This document shows, one piece after another, positions 1 to 14,539 of a stretch of 64,000 bases of DNA. The notes below the pieces were generated by a model. It was given only the letters and a program-made list of their open reading frames with translations, had not been told where the DNA came from and did not search any database. Each line of letters opens with the position of its first letter. Positions within the stretch are counted from its first letter, which is position 1. The position numbers were made by a program, and so were the translations under genes. Source of the DNA: the human T2T-CHM13v2.0 reference genome, Homo sapiens; the NCBI RefSeq assembly GCF_009914755.1, contig NC_060947.1; one strand, 5' to 3'.

Positions 1-100
1 ATGATAATGTACCTGCTCAACAAGGGTTTTGTGAGGATCCATTGAAATAATATCAACAAAGCATTTAGCATATGGTAAATGCTAAAAATGTTAACTATTA
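1..100 (+). mobile_element. MIR SINE 3' fragment
   Basis: Resembles the MIR 3' core (ATAAT-GTACCT...GGGTTTTGTGAGGAT...AAATGTTAACTATTA). Confidence 0.7.
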
Positions 101-256
101 GGCGGATATGGCATTGTGCATCTACCAGGAAGAATTTGGGTCCCTTCTTACCTCCCCTTTGAATTGTTATTTTATTCCTTCACTCAAACATATACAGTCC
201 ATGAGCATGCTGTTATGAGGCACAATTAAGCCACGAAAAATACAATATTTTGGTGA

Positions 257-609
<353 letters not shown>

Positions 610-3031
610 TGCTTTTCATTTGTTGATTTGCCTATTACCTTCAGTGAATTTATCTGGCTGGTTGATCACTTTCTATACAAGAGTAAGATGTCTGTGCACT
701 CTGACAATGAGGAAGGACACAAAGCAAAGTGCCAAATATTCAATGCCCTTCAACCACACTCAAATGTGTACATGACAGATAGAAAGATTATAGTATTTTT
801 TAATGTTTGAGTCAGTATATTTATTGGTGGTGTTAAGAATAAGCATGTTTATTGTTAACTGTTGTTATATTGTTCTTGGTTTCCACTATGAGCTCAGGGA
901 CTGGAGGGCCAATTTGGTGGTTGAGAGAGTTTCAGAATTTTTATAGAATGGATGATTTGTTGTGTGGAGACCCAAAGACCTGAGCTAGTCTCTGTGTCTA
1001 TATGCCCATGTTTGTCTCTTGAGATAATGCATTTTCCATTTTTATCTTCTTTACTCAGAAATCTCTTACTGCCTGTATTTTGGTGACAGAAACTGCAAGT
1101 GCATGAGCGCATTGTAAATGAGAGTATAAGAGAATGTAAATGAGTTGTCTTAAGTGTCACAACCAGCAATGATACTGGAAATAAATCTCAAGAGTTTCTA
1201 TTCCCAGGTATGATTCTCTTTCAGTTTTCAGACCAATGAAAATTTAATAGTTGAGAAAACATAATTTTATCCTTTCATTATAGAGAGAGGATGCCTCAAA
1301 GTTAGGCAGTCAGAAGGCAGTCAAAAAGTCAGAAGGAAATAGAATAAATGCATTTACCTTTCAAAGTTAACAGTTGTCTAGGAAATAAGAAGGAGAACTG
1401 GTATACTAAAGAATATAAATAACAACTCATTACTGAGTGGTTATTACTTATCAGCTCAAAGTTCCATTTTAATTCTCCTTTCTTTACCTAGTTTCTGATT
1501 GTTACGTATCTGGAATTAGAAGTGAATAACAAGATGATCATATTTTACTCACTGTGAAGTACTGCTCACCTAAGGTAATTGGGTAAAGTGATTGGATGAT
1601 TTAGAAAATAGAGACAAAGAGATAAAGTTTTCCCACCAAATGAATCAATCTTCAGGCTAGGATTAGCATGACAAGACCATTGTAGCCATGCTAGACCATC
1701 TCACCATGAGTTCTAGCAGGCAGATATGATCACTTGTGAAAGTCAAGATTGACTATGTTAAGGACCCGCTTCTTGCTAGGAAGAGCAAAAGCAACTGTTC
1801 AGGAGGGATCTTCTTTATCCAGCCTGACAGCCATGTTAGATCTCAAAGCCTGGAGAAAACATATGTGAATTGTTTTTAAAAAAATTTTAATCTAGACATC
1901 AAATAGTTAAAGCTTATTTTTTCTGCATAGCTAATATGTGAGTATTGATATGTTAGTCATGTCATGTGGTTCTTTGAAAACCAAATAATGAACAAAAGCA
2001 CATTGTCACATCAACTTACCTAAAATTTTAAAATCAACTTAAGGCTCTTTATCAGAGAATGTTGTTTGCCAAACTGATGATTATTTTTCAAAAATGCACT
2101 CTCTGTATAATTAATAAATTATATGTTCGTATGAAATACACCTATAGTCCCTACAGGTTTTGGCACAAATCACAAGTTTTATAGAGTGCAAATCATCACA
2201 ATTTGAAGATTTATTGACTATGGTTACCATTTTAGTTTTGATTTCTAAGATTGGCCAAATGACTCGTCAATTTAAAATAAACATAGTTAATGAAATTTGG
2301 CTGTTGATTGAAATAAATTTTAAAAGTTGGTGGACCAATAGGGATATTTTTATGTTATAATCTTTGATACTTACTCATCTTGACCTTGTTTTACTATTCA
2401 TAGCATTTACATATATTTGCTGTATGAATGAGAGAACCATGGAGAAAGAGTAACCTAGAAAGTATATTCTACACTTATACATAAGTATTTAAATATGATG
2501 GGAGATCTATTACTTTTCAAAATAAAGCAAGCTCTGATAATTCTTGATAATAGATCATGATGGCTCAAAAGAGAAAAGTAGCTATGTTTGCATGTCAAAA
2601 TGCAGCTTGAATAATTTCATTTTAAGGAATGATATGAATGGTAAAATGAAGCTACACAAAATTACCTATGGACCATTTAAAATGAAGTCAACTGAATAGC
2701 TTACTTAGAAAATATGTGAGGATTTTTGAACTGAAATGTTTTTTCTTGAAATATTAACATTATTTTCTTGGTATTAAAGGAAATGCTCCTGACCGTATTA
2801 TAATGCTTGTGTATTTGCCCGAAAATTCCAAAGGGTATGGAAAACTTTTTCATCCATTCTGGATAAATGAAGGTCTTTTTTGTGTGTACTGTCCACTATT
2901 TGCAGATGATTCTTCTGTTTGTGCATGTTACTTGCTTTAGCTTCAAGAAGTAAGAAGAAGAGCTGACATTTTTTGATCACTTGCTAAATGATAGCCACTT
3001 AATTTAATTAATTTAATTTTAAACCTTTAAA

Positions 3032-3977
3032 CAACCTACAGAATGGGAGAAAATTTTTGCAAACTATGCATCCAACAAAGGTCTAATATCCAGCATCTAT
3101 AAGGATCTTAAACAAATGCACAAAAAACCCGTTAAAAACTAGACAAAGGACATGAACAGACACTTTTCAAAAGAAGACATACATGCAACCAACAAGCATA
3201 TGAAGAAAAGCTCAACATCACTGATCATTAAAGAAATCCGAATCAAAACCACAATGAGATACTGTCTCACACTAGTCAGAATGGCTATTATTAAAAAGTC
3301 AAAAAACAACAGATGCTGGCAAGGTTATGGAGAAAAAGGAACCATTATACACTGTTGGTGGGAGTGTAAGTTAGTTCACTATTGCAGAAGACAGTGTGGT
3401 GATGTCTCAAAGACCTAAAGACAGAAATACCATTCAACCCAGCAATCCCATTACTGGATATATACACAAAGGAATATAAATCGTTCTATTATAAAGACAC
3501 ATGAATGTGTATGTTGATTGCAGCACTATTCACAAAAGCAAAGACATGGAATCAACCTAAATGCCCATCAATGATAGACTGGATAAAGAAAATATGGTAG
3601 ATACACACCATAGAATACTATGCAGCCATAAAAATGAATGAGATCATGTCTTTTGCAGCAACATGGATGGAGCTGGAGGCAATTATTCTTAGCAAAAGAA
3701 TGCAGGAACAGAAAATCAAATACCACATGTTCTCACTTATAAGTGGGAGCTAAATGATGAAAACACATGGACTCATAGAAGGGAACAACACACAATAGGG
3801 ACTACCAGAGGGTGGAGGGTGGGAAGAGGGAGAGGATCAGAAAAAATAAGTAATGGGTACTATGCTTAATGCCTGGGTGATTAAGTAATCTGTACAACAA
3901 ACCCCTCAACACGCGTTTACCTATATAACAAACCTGCACTTGTTCCCCTGAACTTAAAAGTAAACAAAACAAAACAA
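3032..3977 (+). mobile_element. 5'-truncated L1 (older L1PA, roughly PA13-16): ORF2 C-terminus plus 3' UTR
   Basis: ORF 3152-3418 ([10 protein letters not shown]...HCWWECKLV) is the L1 ORF2p cysteine-rich C-terminus. L1PA-type 3' UTR, A-rich tail, TSD AAACCTTTAAA (3021-3031 / 3978-3988). Confidence 0.93.
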
Positions 3978-4651
3978 AAACCTTTAAAAGATAAGCATTA
4001 TCGCTATCCCAATTTTGCTAATGAAGAAATAGGATTTGACAGGCGATGTGTCTAGGTGTCAAATAGTAAATGACACAGGCTGGATTTATACAAAGCCATG
4101 ATTGTCTGTAAGGTCGATGGTCTATTTATTTTATAACACTTCCTTCATCTTTTTGTCTACTGAGCCCTTGCTATATCAATGGTATTGTAGTAGGTACTCA
4201 GATGCTTTACAAGCCTCATGATACTTTTGTTTATAAAGAAATGATTCATTATTGTACCTTGTTTTTTCTGTGTTTTCTCAGATTTGCCATCCTATTTGTA
4301 GTTGTGCTTTCATGAACTTTTATTTACTTTATATTTTCTGAGTCTGAGCTTTTTAGGACATTTATTTGGACAATATCTGAATTGACAATATTATGTCAAC
4401 TAGTCAATTAAAAGTCTCAGTTCCTTCATTAGTAAAATAAGATACTTATTCTGCCTACTCATTGATGAGAAAATCTATTTAGTTTCCATTAAAGTGCTTC
4501 GTGTATCATCTTACAAATTTATGGTACCATTGACATTTGGTTATCAAAAGAATTTAATAATAGATAAATTTGTATTGCAAGGAAAATTGTTGGCAAACAT
4601 ATGAAACTCTTCTATGTAAAATTTCTTTTGTGCATTTTAACACAGTAGTGG

Positions 4652-4978
4652 TGTATTAGTTTAGACTGCTATAGCAAACTACCATAAACTGGATAGCTTA
4701 TAAACAACAGAAATTTATTTCTCACAGTTCTGGAACTGGGAAGTCCAAGATAAAGGCACTGGCAGATCCAGTGCCTGGTGAGGGCCCACTTTCTTGTTAA
4801 TAAAAGATATCTTCTTGCTTCATCCTCACATGGCAGAAGGACACAAAGCAGCTCCCTGGGGCCCCTTTTATAAGAGAACAAATCACTTTCCAGAGGCCCC
4901 ACCTGCTAATATCATCACATTGGTGACTAGGTTTCAACATATGAATTTTGGAGGGACACAAACATTCAGACCATAGCA
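4652..4978 (-). mobile_element. MaLR solo LTR, MLT1A/MLT1A0-like
   Basis: TGTATTAGT...AAACAACAGAAATTTATTTCTCACAGTTCTGG...CAAACATTCAGACCATAGCA termini and motifs. Confidence 0.88.
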
Positions 4979-5424
4979 AATGAGTCTCAGTAGCAGTGGG
5001 AGAAAACAAACAAGTGTAGCTGCCTGAAGAAATGTACATACATTTAAAGATGATTTTATGAATGGTACAGAATTAATATACAGAGGATATTATATCCATA
5101 CCCATTTATTTCATTATTGGCTCCATGTAAAGTCATGTAATAAATGATTTTTATGTAAACTAATTAATGCAATTATGTTTACAATCAGCAAACCCAAGAA
5201 ATAGGTTAATACTACTATACCCTTTCATTGTTATATCCAGTTCTTCCAAGTTAACAATCCTCAAGTTATTTTCAATAAAGGAATAGAGCAATTAAAAATC
5301 AAACTTAAGACAACCTGTTTAGTAGTGCCAGAGTTGTGCAGTTTATTATAAGCTATGATAACAGTGAATAGCATTCAGCACATCTATTTATATGTAAGTG
5401 AACAACAGCTCAAATGACTTCTGA

Positions 5425-5739
<315 letters not shown>

Positions 5740-6934
5740 CTGATTTTATCTTAATTGGTTAGTCTTTCCTGATTTTTATTCATCGAAAACTGCTTAGAGA
5801 CCTAATTTCCTAGACCATTACTATTACTTAATATTTATTGAGCTTCTTAAGCATTTGTAAAAGTAAAAGTAGCCCTAGCCCTCTCACAATGAGTTTATTT
5901 ATTTCTTATTCCTGCTTTGAAATAGGCTTGAAATGTGGAGCAGCATACTTCTAAAATATTCAATGAAACATTTCCACATTTAATGAGGTTCTGATTTGGT
6001 TAAAGATTTGTAGGTTTCAGACTACTCATTCGAATTTTATCTAAACAGGTTTGCCCATCCTTGTTATGGATTTACACTAATGTCTTACAGCACCTTCGCC
6101 TTCTTAACCCGTTTGTGATTCCACATGAATTTGCAAATAACTCAAAAGTCAATTATTTGAAGTGTTTAGGGTTTTTTTTCAGTTATCTCTTAAGAATGAG
6201 ATTGCTTTAAACTTTGCATAATTCAGAAGGGAGCCCTAGGTATTATTGGAGAATATGCCATTACCAGAGGAATTTTGTTCTGGTACTTTTCATTTAGCTT
6301 CTACTAAACACACTGGCACCTGTGTACATAAAAGTAAGTATCATATGACCACATCTTACTAAACATATCAGCAGGAATTTTACCCTGTTAGACTGATGTT
6401 GACCAATGTACGGCTTCTAAGAACCATCCAACCTTTTGGATCAACATGAGTGTCAGAATTCTACAAAATTTTAGTCATTACCTTCAGAGAATTATCAAAA
6501 AGTTAATTTAAACTCATCAAATTTCATTGATACTTTTAAAAGTAATTGATCTTGTGAACATTAATACTTTGAGTAATAAGGCAGAAGTTATTCTAATCAT
6601 CTTTCTTTTTGTACACAAAGGTATTCTGAATTCTTATTCTTTCCCTTAGACAAGATTCCAAAGGGAGTGATCATCTGTTCTTGAGAACCATGTTTTGAAT
6701 ATGCTGTCTTCCCTTGATATTAGAGGGTAATGATTTTGGTCTTGTAGGATCTAGAGGTTCTCTCAGCTTTGAGGGCAGTTGGTGAGTACAGTGACACAAT
6801 TTACTCTGCAGACCCCTGGATCTGGACCAGACCATACCTCGGCTCAAGAGTCAGCGTGGGAATTGATAACCTATGCTGCCTGGCCAATATCTGAATCTTA
6901 TTGGTGCCATGGAGTTGAAGACGCCAACTGAGGC

Positions 6935-7210
6935 TTTAGTGGTGTAATAATGAGAGTGTGGGCTCTAGTAGAAGGCTGCCTGGGTTTGTATCCTAGTTTA
7001 ACAGTTTACTACTTGTACCAACATGGGCAAATTGCTTAATTTTTCCAAACTCATTTCATCATATTTAAAAAGGAGAGTTTGCTGGTGTCTATCTCATAGG
7101 ATTATAACGGAGAGTTAAAGAGAGAATATATGAGAAACACCAAGAATAGTACACGGAACGTAGCAAGCACATAATAAACATTAACTTTCATTACTGTTAT
7201 TATTATTATT
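6935..7210 (+). mobile_element. MIR SINE, near full length
   Basis: GGCTCT...CCTGGGTTTGTATCCTAG head, GGGCAAATTGCTTAAT core, (TTA)n tail. Confidence 0.75.
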
Positions 7211-7349
7211 GGTAACAATAATGATAAGCATACTTGTATAACTTTATAAAGTATATTTATAGTAACATTGGTGGCACTTTTATTTTACATGGCATACCAT
7301 ATTGTGCTTCGTTAGTTAAAGAATATTCCCACTTAAGGAATGTCTAGAT

Positions 7350-7820
7350 TGTGCCAGCTTGAGTCCAACAAGAAACAAATGCAAAGTCAGGATTAGAAAA
7401 GCAAACAATTAATTGGAGAAAATACCTATGAAGGGTAAAGGTAGAGGAAGCTAGAGTAGGCAGGGAGAGCCTTTAGAATGTAATGCGGATCTGACACTTA
7501 TGAAAAAAGAAAGAGGACATAAAGGAACATTGGGCAGCAAGAGGTACAGACTGCAGCCACTTTTGAGAAGACCTTCGCCAGATAAACGGGAAAGGGGAGG
7601 TCCCTGAGCCATGGTTGTGTGCTATAAGGATCCCCTGTTGGACAGGAAAGTATCTTCATTAGTACCCCTACCATATTCCATCACTGACTAGGAGAACCAG
7701 GGAGTACATGTGGCCTTACCATTAAAAAGGAGACACATCTGAAAGCAGTCAGTTAACTGGGCACTTCACAGCAGTTTCTCTTGAAAGACTTCTAAGCAGT
7801 GTATCTCAATGGCTGCCATA
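7350..7820 (-). mobile_element. ERVL solo LTR (LTR16-like)
   Basis: GAGTCCAACAAGAAACA...GTAGGCAGGGAGAGCCTT...GATCTGACAC...CAGACTGCAGC resemble an antisense LTR16-group LTR. Subfamily uncertain. Confidence 0.6.
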
Positions 7821-8715
7821 TGCATTAAAAACAAAATAGATTTAAACTCATACATTAGATATTTTTAAAGTTAGTGATTTTTTTTTCTGTTACAAATGGT
7901 CATTTCTTTACAGATGAGTCCACTACACAGGTTAGGGGATCACTTATTAATTTAGGTATACACTTAACTAATCTTTGATGTTAATGCTACGATTTCACTT
8001 CATTTTTATAAAGCAAAGTATTCCAAATAATATTCCTAGAAGTTTATCGGTATTTTTTATCTTTCTAACAAACCAGCATTTGAATTCATTGACTTACAAT
8101 ACAGTTTATCTAGAACTAGAACACATTTTATGGCTTTCTATTCTGATATTTATTATTTCTATTTTCTTATTTACTTCTAGTTTCATTTTCTCTTCTCTTT
8201 TTTTTTGGATAAAAGCTGAATCATTGATTCGAGACTTTTTATTTTTTCCCTAATATTTTTTTTAAATGCTGCTTTAGTTTTATTCACAAATTCTGATATG
8301 TTATTGTTTCATTTTCATTTAATTCTTGATACTTCATAGTTTCCCTTGTTATTTCTATTTTGACCTAAGGGTCTCTTTTTTTTTTTTAGAAGGTTCTTAC
8401 TTAGTTTGCAAGTATTTGGGTATTTTTTTCTGAAGATATTTGTTATTCTAATTTAATTCCGCTGAGGTCAGAGAATATACTTTGCATGCCTTGAATACTT
8501 TTAAATTTGTTGAGACCTGTTTTAAGTCCCAGAATATAATCTGCCTCGGTGAATGTTCCACACAAGCTTAAGAAGAATGTGTAACATGCTATTGTTTGTT
8601 GGACATGTTTTTTATAAATGTCAAATGTCATGTTGCTTAATGGTGCTGTTGTTCAAGTCTTTTGTATCCTTACTAATTTTTGGTCTATTTGTTCTTATCA
8701 ATTTTTGAGAGCATA

Positions 8716-9238
8716 TGTCTTAGTTCCAGGTGCTATAACAAAGTACCATACGTGGCTTATAAACAAGATAAATTTGTTTCTCAGAGTTCTGGAGGCCAGA
8801 AGTCTGAAATAAGGGTACCAGCATGATTGGGTTCTGGCAAAGGCCATCTTCCAGGTTTTGGCCAGCTGATTTCTCCTTTTATCCTCACATGACAGAAAGT
8901 GAGTGAGAGAGCTCTCTGGGGACACTTTTATAAGTGCACTGAATTCCACTCATTAGAGCTCCACCCTCATGACCTATTTACCTCCCAAAGGCCCTGTAAA
9001 AGGGGAAAATTGACGGTGTCTACTTTATAAGATTATAATACAGAGTTAAAAGTTATAATGCATAAAAAGCACCAAGAATAGTACATGGAACAAAATGAGT
9101 GTATAGTAAATATTAAGTTTTATTGTTAGTAGTAGTAGTATTGGTACTACTATTCCATCACATTGGACTACTATCATATTGGGGGTTAAGATTTCAACAT
9201 ATAATTTTTGGGAGGGCACATGCATTCAGTCTATAACA
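8716..9238 (-). mobile_element. MLT1A0-like MaLR LTR nested in L1M, carrying a ~150-bp insertion
   Basis: TGTCTTAG...CATTCAGTCTATAACA termini. Consensus breaks after CCCAAAGGCCC (8994) and resumes near 9150-9172. Confidence 0.85.
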
Positions 9239-9746
9239 GTGTGGTACTGAAAATCTCTGACTATAATTTTGATTTGTCGGTTTCTCCTTGCAATTCTATG
9301 AGGTTTTTTTTTTTTCAGTTATCTGGTAATTATAAAACAGATTTGTTTATATTTAGTATTATAAGTGCAGACATCAAAGAGAATATTTAAATTTTTGGTA
9401 AAAAGCTCTATGAGTTTTTGTTCCTTGTATTTTGAAGCTCTGTTATTAGGTGCACAGGCATTTACTGTTGTTATATCCTCCTGCTAAATTGACTCCTTTA
9501 TCATTAGGACATGATCTTGTTTATACCTGGTAGTATTATTTACTCTGAAATCCACTTTGTCTGATATTAATAGAGCCATTCAGCATTTTTTGTTTGTGTT
9601 ACCATGGTATATATTATCCCATCCTTTTACTTTTAATCTATTTGTGCCTTTTATATTCAAGTGTGTTTCTTATAAGTAGCATATCATTGGATCATGCTTT
9701 TTTCTCCAATCTGATAATATCTGCCTATAAATTGATGTGTTTAGAC

Positions 9747-10068
9747 CAGGGTCCCCAACACCCAGCCCATGGCCTGTTAAGAACCAGGCCTCACAGCAGG
9801 AGGTGAGCAGCCAATGAGTAAGCATTACTGCCTGAGCTCCACCTCCTGTGAGATCAGTGGTAGCATTAGGTTCTCACAGGAGTATGAACCCTATTGTGAA
9901 CTGTGCGTGAGAGTGATCCAGGTTACACACTCCTTATGAGAATCTAATGCCTGGTGATCTGAGGTGGAACAGGTTCATCCTGAAACCATTCCCTCCCCAC
10001 CTCCCGTCCATGGAAATATTGTCCTTCACGAAACAAGTCCCTGGTGACAGAAAGGTTGGGGATCACTG
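9747..10068 (+). mobile_element. MER1B hAT-Charlie DNA transposon
   Basis: CAGG-GTCCCCAAC...GTTGGGGATCACTG TIRs. Perfect 8-bp TSD GTTTAGAC (9739-9746 / 10069-10076). Confidence 0.92.
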
Positions 10069-10740
10069 GTTTAGACCATTTACATTTCATGTTATTATTG
10101 ATATAATTAGATATAAAGCTTTCATCTTGCCATTTTTTTCTATTTGTCCCACCTGTTATTTTCTCCACTTTTCCTCTTTCTCTCTTTTCTTTTAGATTAA
10201 TTTACTATTTTCAATTATTCATTTTATCTCCTATGTGGCCTGTTAGCTATAATGCTTTGTTTTTGTTTTTTTTTAGTGGTTGCATTAGGGTTTATTATAT
10301 ATATATATATTTGACATAACACAGTCTACCTTCAAGTTATATTATGCCACTTCATGAATAGTTTAAGAAACTTAAATATTCCCATATCTCCCTGCCTAGG
10401 CTTTATGAGATTGTTGTCCTATATTTTACTCTTATACATGTTGTCAATATCAAATTATATTATCAATATTTTCGATAAATACCAATTATACTTTAAATGA
10501 ATTTAACTAATAAGAAGAGAATCTTATGTAGTTGCCCAAATCATTACTATTTCTAGTGCTCTTCATTGCACTGTGTAGATCCATATTGTCATTTGGTATT
10601 GTTTTCCTTCTGTATAGAGAATTTCTATTAACATTTTTCTCAGTGTGAGTCTTGATGATGAATTCTTTAAGCTTTTGTGAGTTTGAAAACTTTTTAATTT
10701 TACCTTCATTAAAACTTTTTTTTAAACATTTAAAAAACAA

Positions 10741-10872
10741 AGTCAGGCATGGTGATGAGTACCCTTAGTACGACCTACTTGGGAAGCCGAGGCAGGACTG
10801 CTTGAGCCCAGGGGTTTGAGGCTATCCTGGGCAACATAGTGAGACCTCATGTCTGAAAGTAAATAAATAAAT
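10741..10872 (+). mobile_element. Free Alu monomer (FLAM-like)
   Basis: Single ~120-bp 7SL-derived monomer with (TAAA)n tail. Confidence 0.8.
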
Positions 10873-11943
10873 ACATTAAATATTTTTAAAACATATTTTC
10901 CAGTACATTAAAGATTATGCTTCACTGCCTTCTCAATTACACAGTTTCTGATGATAAATCTAATGTTTCTGATGATAAATTTAACCTCACCCTTATCTTT
11001 GATCTTCTGTATATAATGTCTTTTTTCTTTTTGTCTCCTTTAAAGATTTTCTCTTTATTTTAGTTTTTGAGAAATTTACGATATGCCTTGGTATAATTTT
11101 CTTTATTTTTTGTGTTTGAAACTTGTTGAACTTTTTTGGGTGTTTGGGTTTATAATTTTCATCAAATTTGGAAAATATTTGGCTATTATTTCTTCAAAAT
11201 GCTTTTTGCCTTCCACCTTGGTGACTCCAATTATATGTATTTCAGTTATCTGGAACTTGTTGCAGAGGTCAGTGATTTTTAATGATTTTTTTTGTCTATT
11301 TGAATCTTTGTATTTGATTTTGGATAGTTTTTATTGCTGTATCTTCAAGTTCACTGACCTTTTTTTCATAATGTCTAATCTGCTGTACATTTCATCCAGT
11401 GTATTTTTGTACCAGATGTTGCAGTTATCTCTAGAAGTTTGACTTATTAGTTTTTACATCTTTCTTGTCTCTAAATCACTTTTTGAACATATAGATTTCA
11501 TTTATGATAACTGTTTCAATATTCTTGTCTTCTAATTGTAGTATCTGTGTCAGTTTTCAGACAATTTTGATTGGTTGCATGTTCTCATTATGGGTTATAT
11601 TTTGCTGCTTCTTTCCATGTCTGATAATTTTTGATTTGGTGTCAGACTTGGTGAATTTTAACTTGTTGGTGCAGGATAGTTTCGTATTCCCATCAACATT
11701 TTAAACTATATTCTATGATACAGTTAACTGGAAATAGTTTAATCCTTCTTGGTCTTACTTCCAAAATTTGTTGGGGAGGACCAAAGCCATGATTAATCTA
11801 AGGCTAATTATTCCCCACTACTGGGGCAATGCCCTTCTGAGTAGTCTACCTATGAAATATGAGGAATGTCAGTCTAGCTGGTGCAATCAGTTATTATCTG
11901 TGACCCTGTGAAAATGTTGGATATTGTTCCCTCTAATCTTTTC

Positions 11944-11951
<8 letters not shown>

Positions 11952-12024
<73 letters not shown>
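11952..12024. repeat. (AT)~22 microsatellite fused to T~30
   Basis: Directly visible. Confidence 0.98.
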
Positions 12025-14539
12025 CCTCTCCTTGAATAGTTTTTTTCACATACATGTACTGATCAGTAGTCTGCTGAATATTCCAGTGGAACCTACTGTG
12101 GATCTCTGGTGTTTTCTCTCTGTGCAGTTCTCTCCTGTTCAGTACTGTCTCCTACAAACTCAAGCTGCCCTGGTCTTGCTAGTTCCATGTTCTGAACTCA
12201 GGTTGTCTGCCAGGCTCAGACAGAGAGGTTTTCCCCTCTCTATATCATAGCCTGGAAACTCCTTCAAGCCATTAAGCTGGTGCAATCCTTGGGCTCACTT
12301 TGCCCATTTCCTGTCTCTTAGGGATCATTCTCATTTGCTGTCTGATGTCAAGTATCTTAAAAACTTAATATACATCTCATATACATTTTGTCTGGATATC
12401 TGGTTGTTTTAAACAGGAAGGTAAATCTGGTTCTTTTTACTCCAACTTGGCTCATGGTTAAAATTCTGGTGTACACTTTGAACACAGTACAAACATATTC
12501 CTGGTTCAGATGGTCAAAAAGATGGCCAATGTTTTTCCAGTCTCTAAATCTAGAATTTCATACCTCTCACCTTGTGTCACACCACACACCTTGTGTCTAT
12601 TCTAATAATACAAATTAAAATACTATTAATGTGAAGAAAAGCTCTTCCTAACAACATGAACCTGGAATATTTTAAATTTGTTCCAGATACACTGGAAAAT
12701 TATTATAATTTTCATGACAACTCAGCAGTTGGATATGTGTAGAAAATAAAGTCAGCTGAACATTTCTTGAAGGTCCTAATATTCTTAAATGCAGACCAAA
12801 TTTTTGCAAGGGCCACAGAAATCAAGACAGACCAACTAGTTCTACTAAGATCTGGAGAATAAGAATTTCATTTCAAACTATAGTAGTGACTAACTTAATG
12901 TTTCTCAGAGTGTCTTTTTCATTTGAGACTTGTGAACAAAACAGCAGAGGTTGGCATTATGTTTAAATAGCAATCTACAATGTTGTAAATGGACCACAAG
13001 AATTCTACTGTTTTGAAGTTTTAATTGTAATTTGCATTTTTAATGAGGTTTGACCTCCTGTAGGCTTACCTCTTTGGTTAGAACCTACTTAGTACTATAA
13101 ATCTGACAATTTGGAGTAATTTTCTGAGATATGTTTATATCACAAACACACATACAATTATAAAATGAACAATTTTTTGCTAAGGTTGTTATAGTTGTTA
13201 TAAAGCTAGGACTCACCCATGTTTGTAATGTTGGAAAGTTTTATTTCTGCTTTTGTCTAGTGTTTGCAGTGTCTGAAGGGGAGAGTTCTTGTTCATTTAA
13301 GGGCTGATGTGATCTGACTTCTGAATACAAGGACATCCACAGGAGTTTGTGTTTTATATTGACTTTTCACAAAATCTACAATTTTTTGTGATGAAGAGAA
13401 TGTATTGAAACCCTCTAGCTTCTCTACATGATAGGAATGGTTATTCATTGTATACAAGGAAAAAAAAATCCAACACTCTATGGTGCTACTTGTCTCTAGA
13501 GTCAAAAAGGAACTATCATCTGTGGAATTGTTACCATTTTAATGATAGATGACAGCAAAATATTCTGAGTTTCAAAAATATTGTAAAGCTATGTCTTCAA
13601 GGCCAAAACCACAGTTGAAAAGTGAAAAGTAAATTTCTTTTAAAAATATTAATTTGACTCATTTTCAATGAATTGATGATATATTTTGTCATCATATAGC
13701 ACTAGCTCATCCATTTTATTTTTAGGAGTAACAATACCAAAATGTTCAATGAGTTTTCTTGAATTCTAATCACTACTAACACTGTGAACAAGATTTTCAG
13801 ATATGGTAACAGTCAATCATTCACATTATCTGGCTTAAGTTTTCATTATTTTTAAAGCTTTCTTTGTGTAATTCCATCTCAATAAATAATTTTATCCATA
13901 GCAGCTGAAGTCTCATTTGAAGCAGAAAGCTACAACTAAAAACAAACAAAATATTGCTTTTAGAAATTTAGGGAATGTATCAATGAAGCATTATAAATAG
14001 ATTAGTTCCTCAAATCATCTTAAATGGGCAAGTATCTCTTCATTGCCAATTAACATGGTTGTTTAAACAATATAATGATGGATCAATTTTACTAAAATTC
14101 TTGCAAAATTAGTATCTGCCTGTCTTGCATTTTGCACATTTCCATCAAGTAAGAATGTAACACTTTAAGGTGGCAAATAAGTTCAAACCAATTCTCAAGG
14201 AAATAAGTTGAGGCTCAGACATTCAAATTAAGCAGAAACTTTTGTGATTAATTATATAGATATTAACCTTCATTTCTCTATGCTCGAATTTCTGAGTCTG
14301 AAATGCATCTTTCTCCTCCCAAGGTCTAGTTGTAACCAATTTTTCCACCACCATCTATCTCCTAGTGATTGGCAACAGAATTTCTTTGATCCAATCTGAC
14401 ACTTTTCCCCCTGTGCCATTGCCATTGCTCTCTCCAATTTCTTCACTCATGCATATGTGACACCCTTCAAGGTCCAGCTCAAGCCTACCTTTTTCTATAA
14501 ACGTTTTCCCAATCTTTTTAACCCTTTGTTATTCCAGGT

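Larger units (their letters stand above)
8030..12470 (-). mobile_element. Old L1M (L1MC/MD-age) segment: ORF2 5' part, ORF1, 5' region; interrupted by nested elements
   Basis: T-rich antisense L1. ORF 8443-8631(-) (YTFFLS...YILGLKTGLNKFK...IFSDLSGIKLE) matches the L1 endonuclease C-terminus. ORF 10507-10740(-) matches the ORF1p end. Confidence 0.85.

Noticed and set aside
3152-3418. 88-aa ORF with a Cys/His motif
   Set aside because: It is the L1 ORF2p C-terminal remnant of a 5'-truncated copy.
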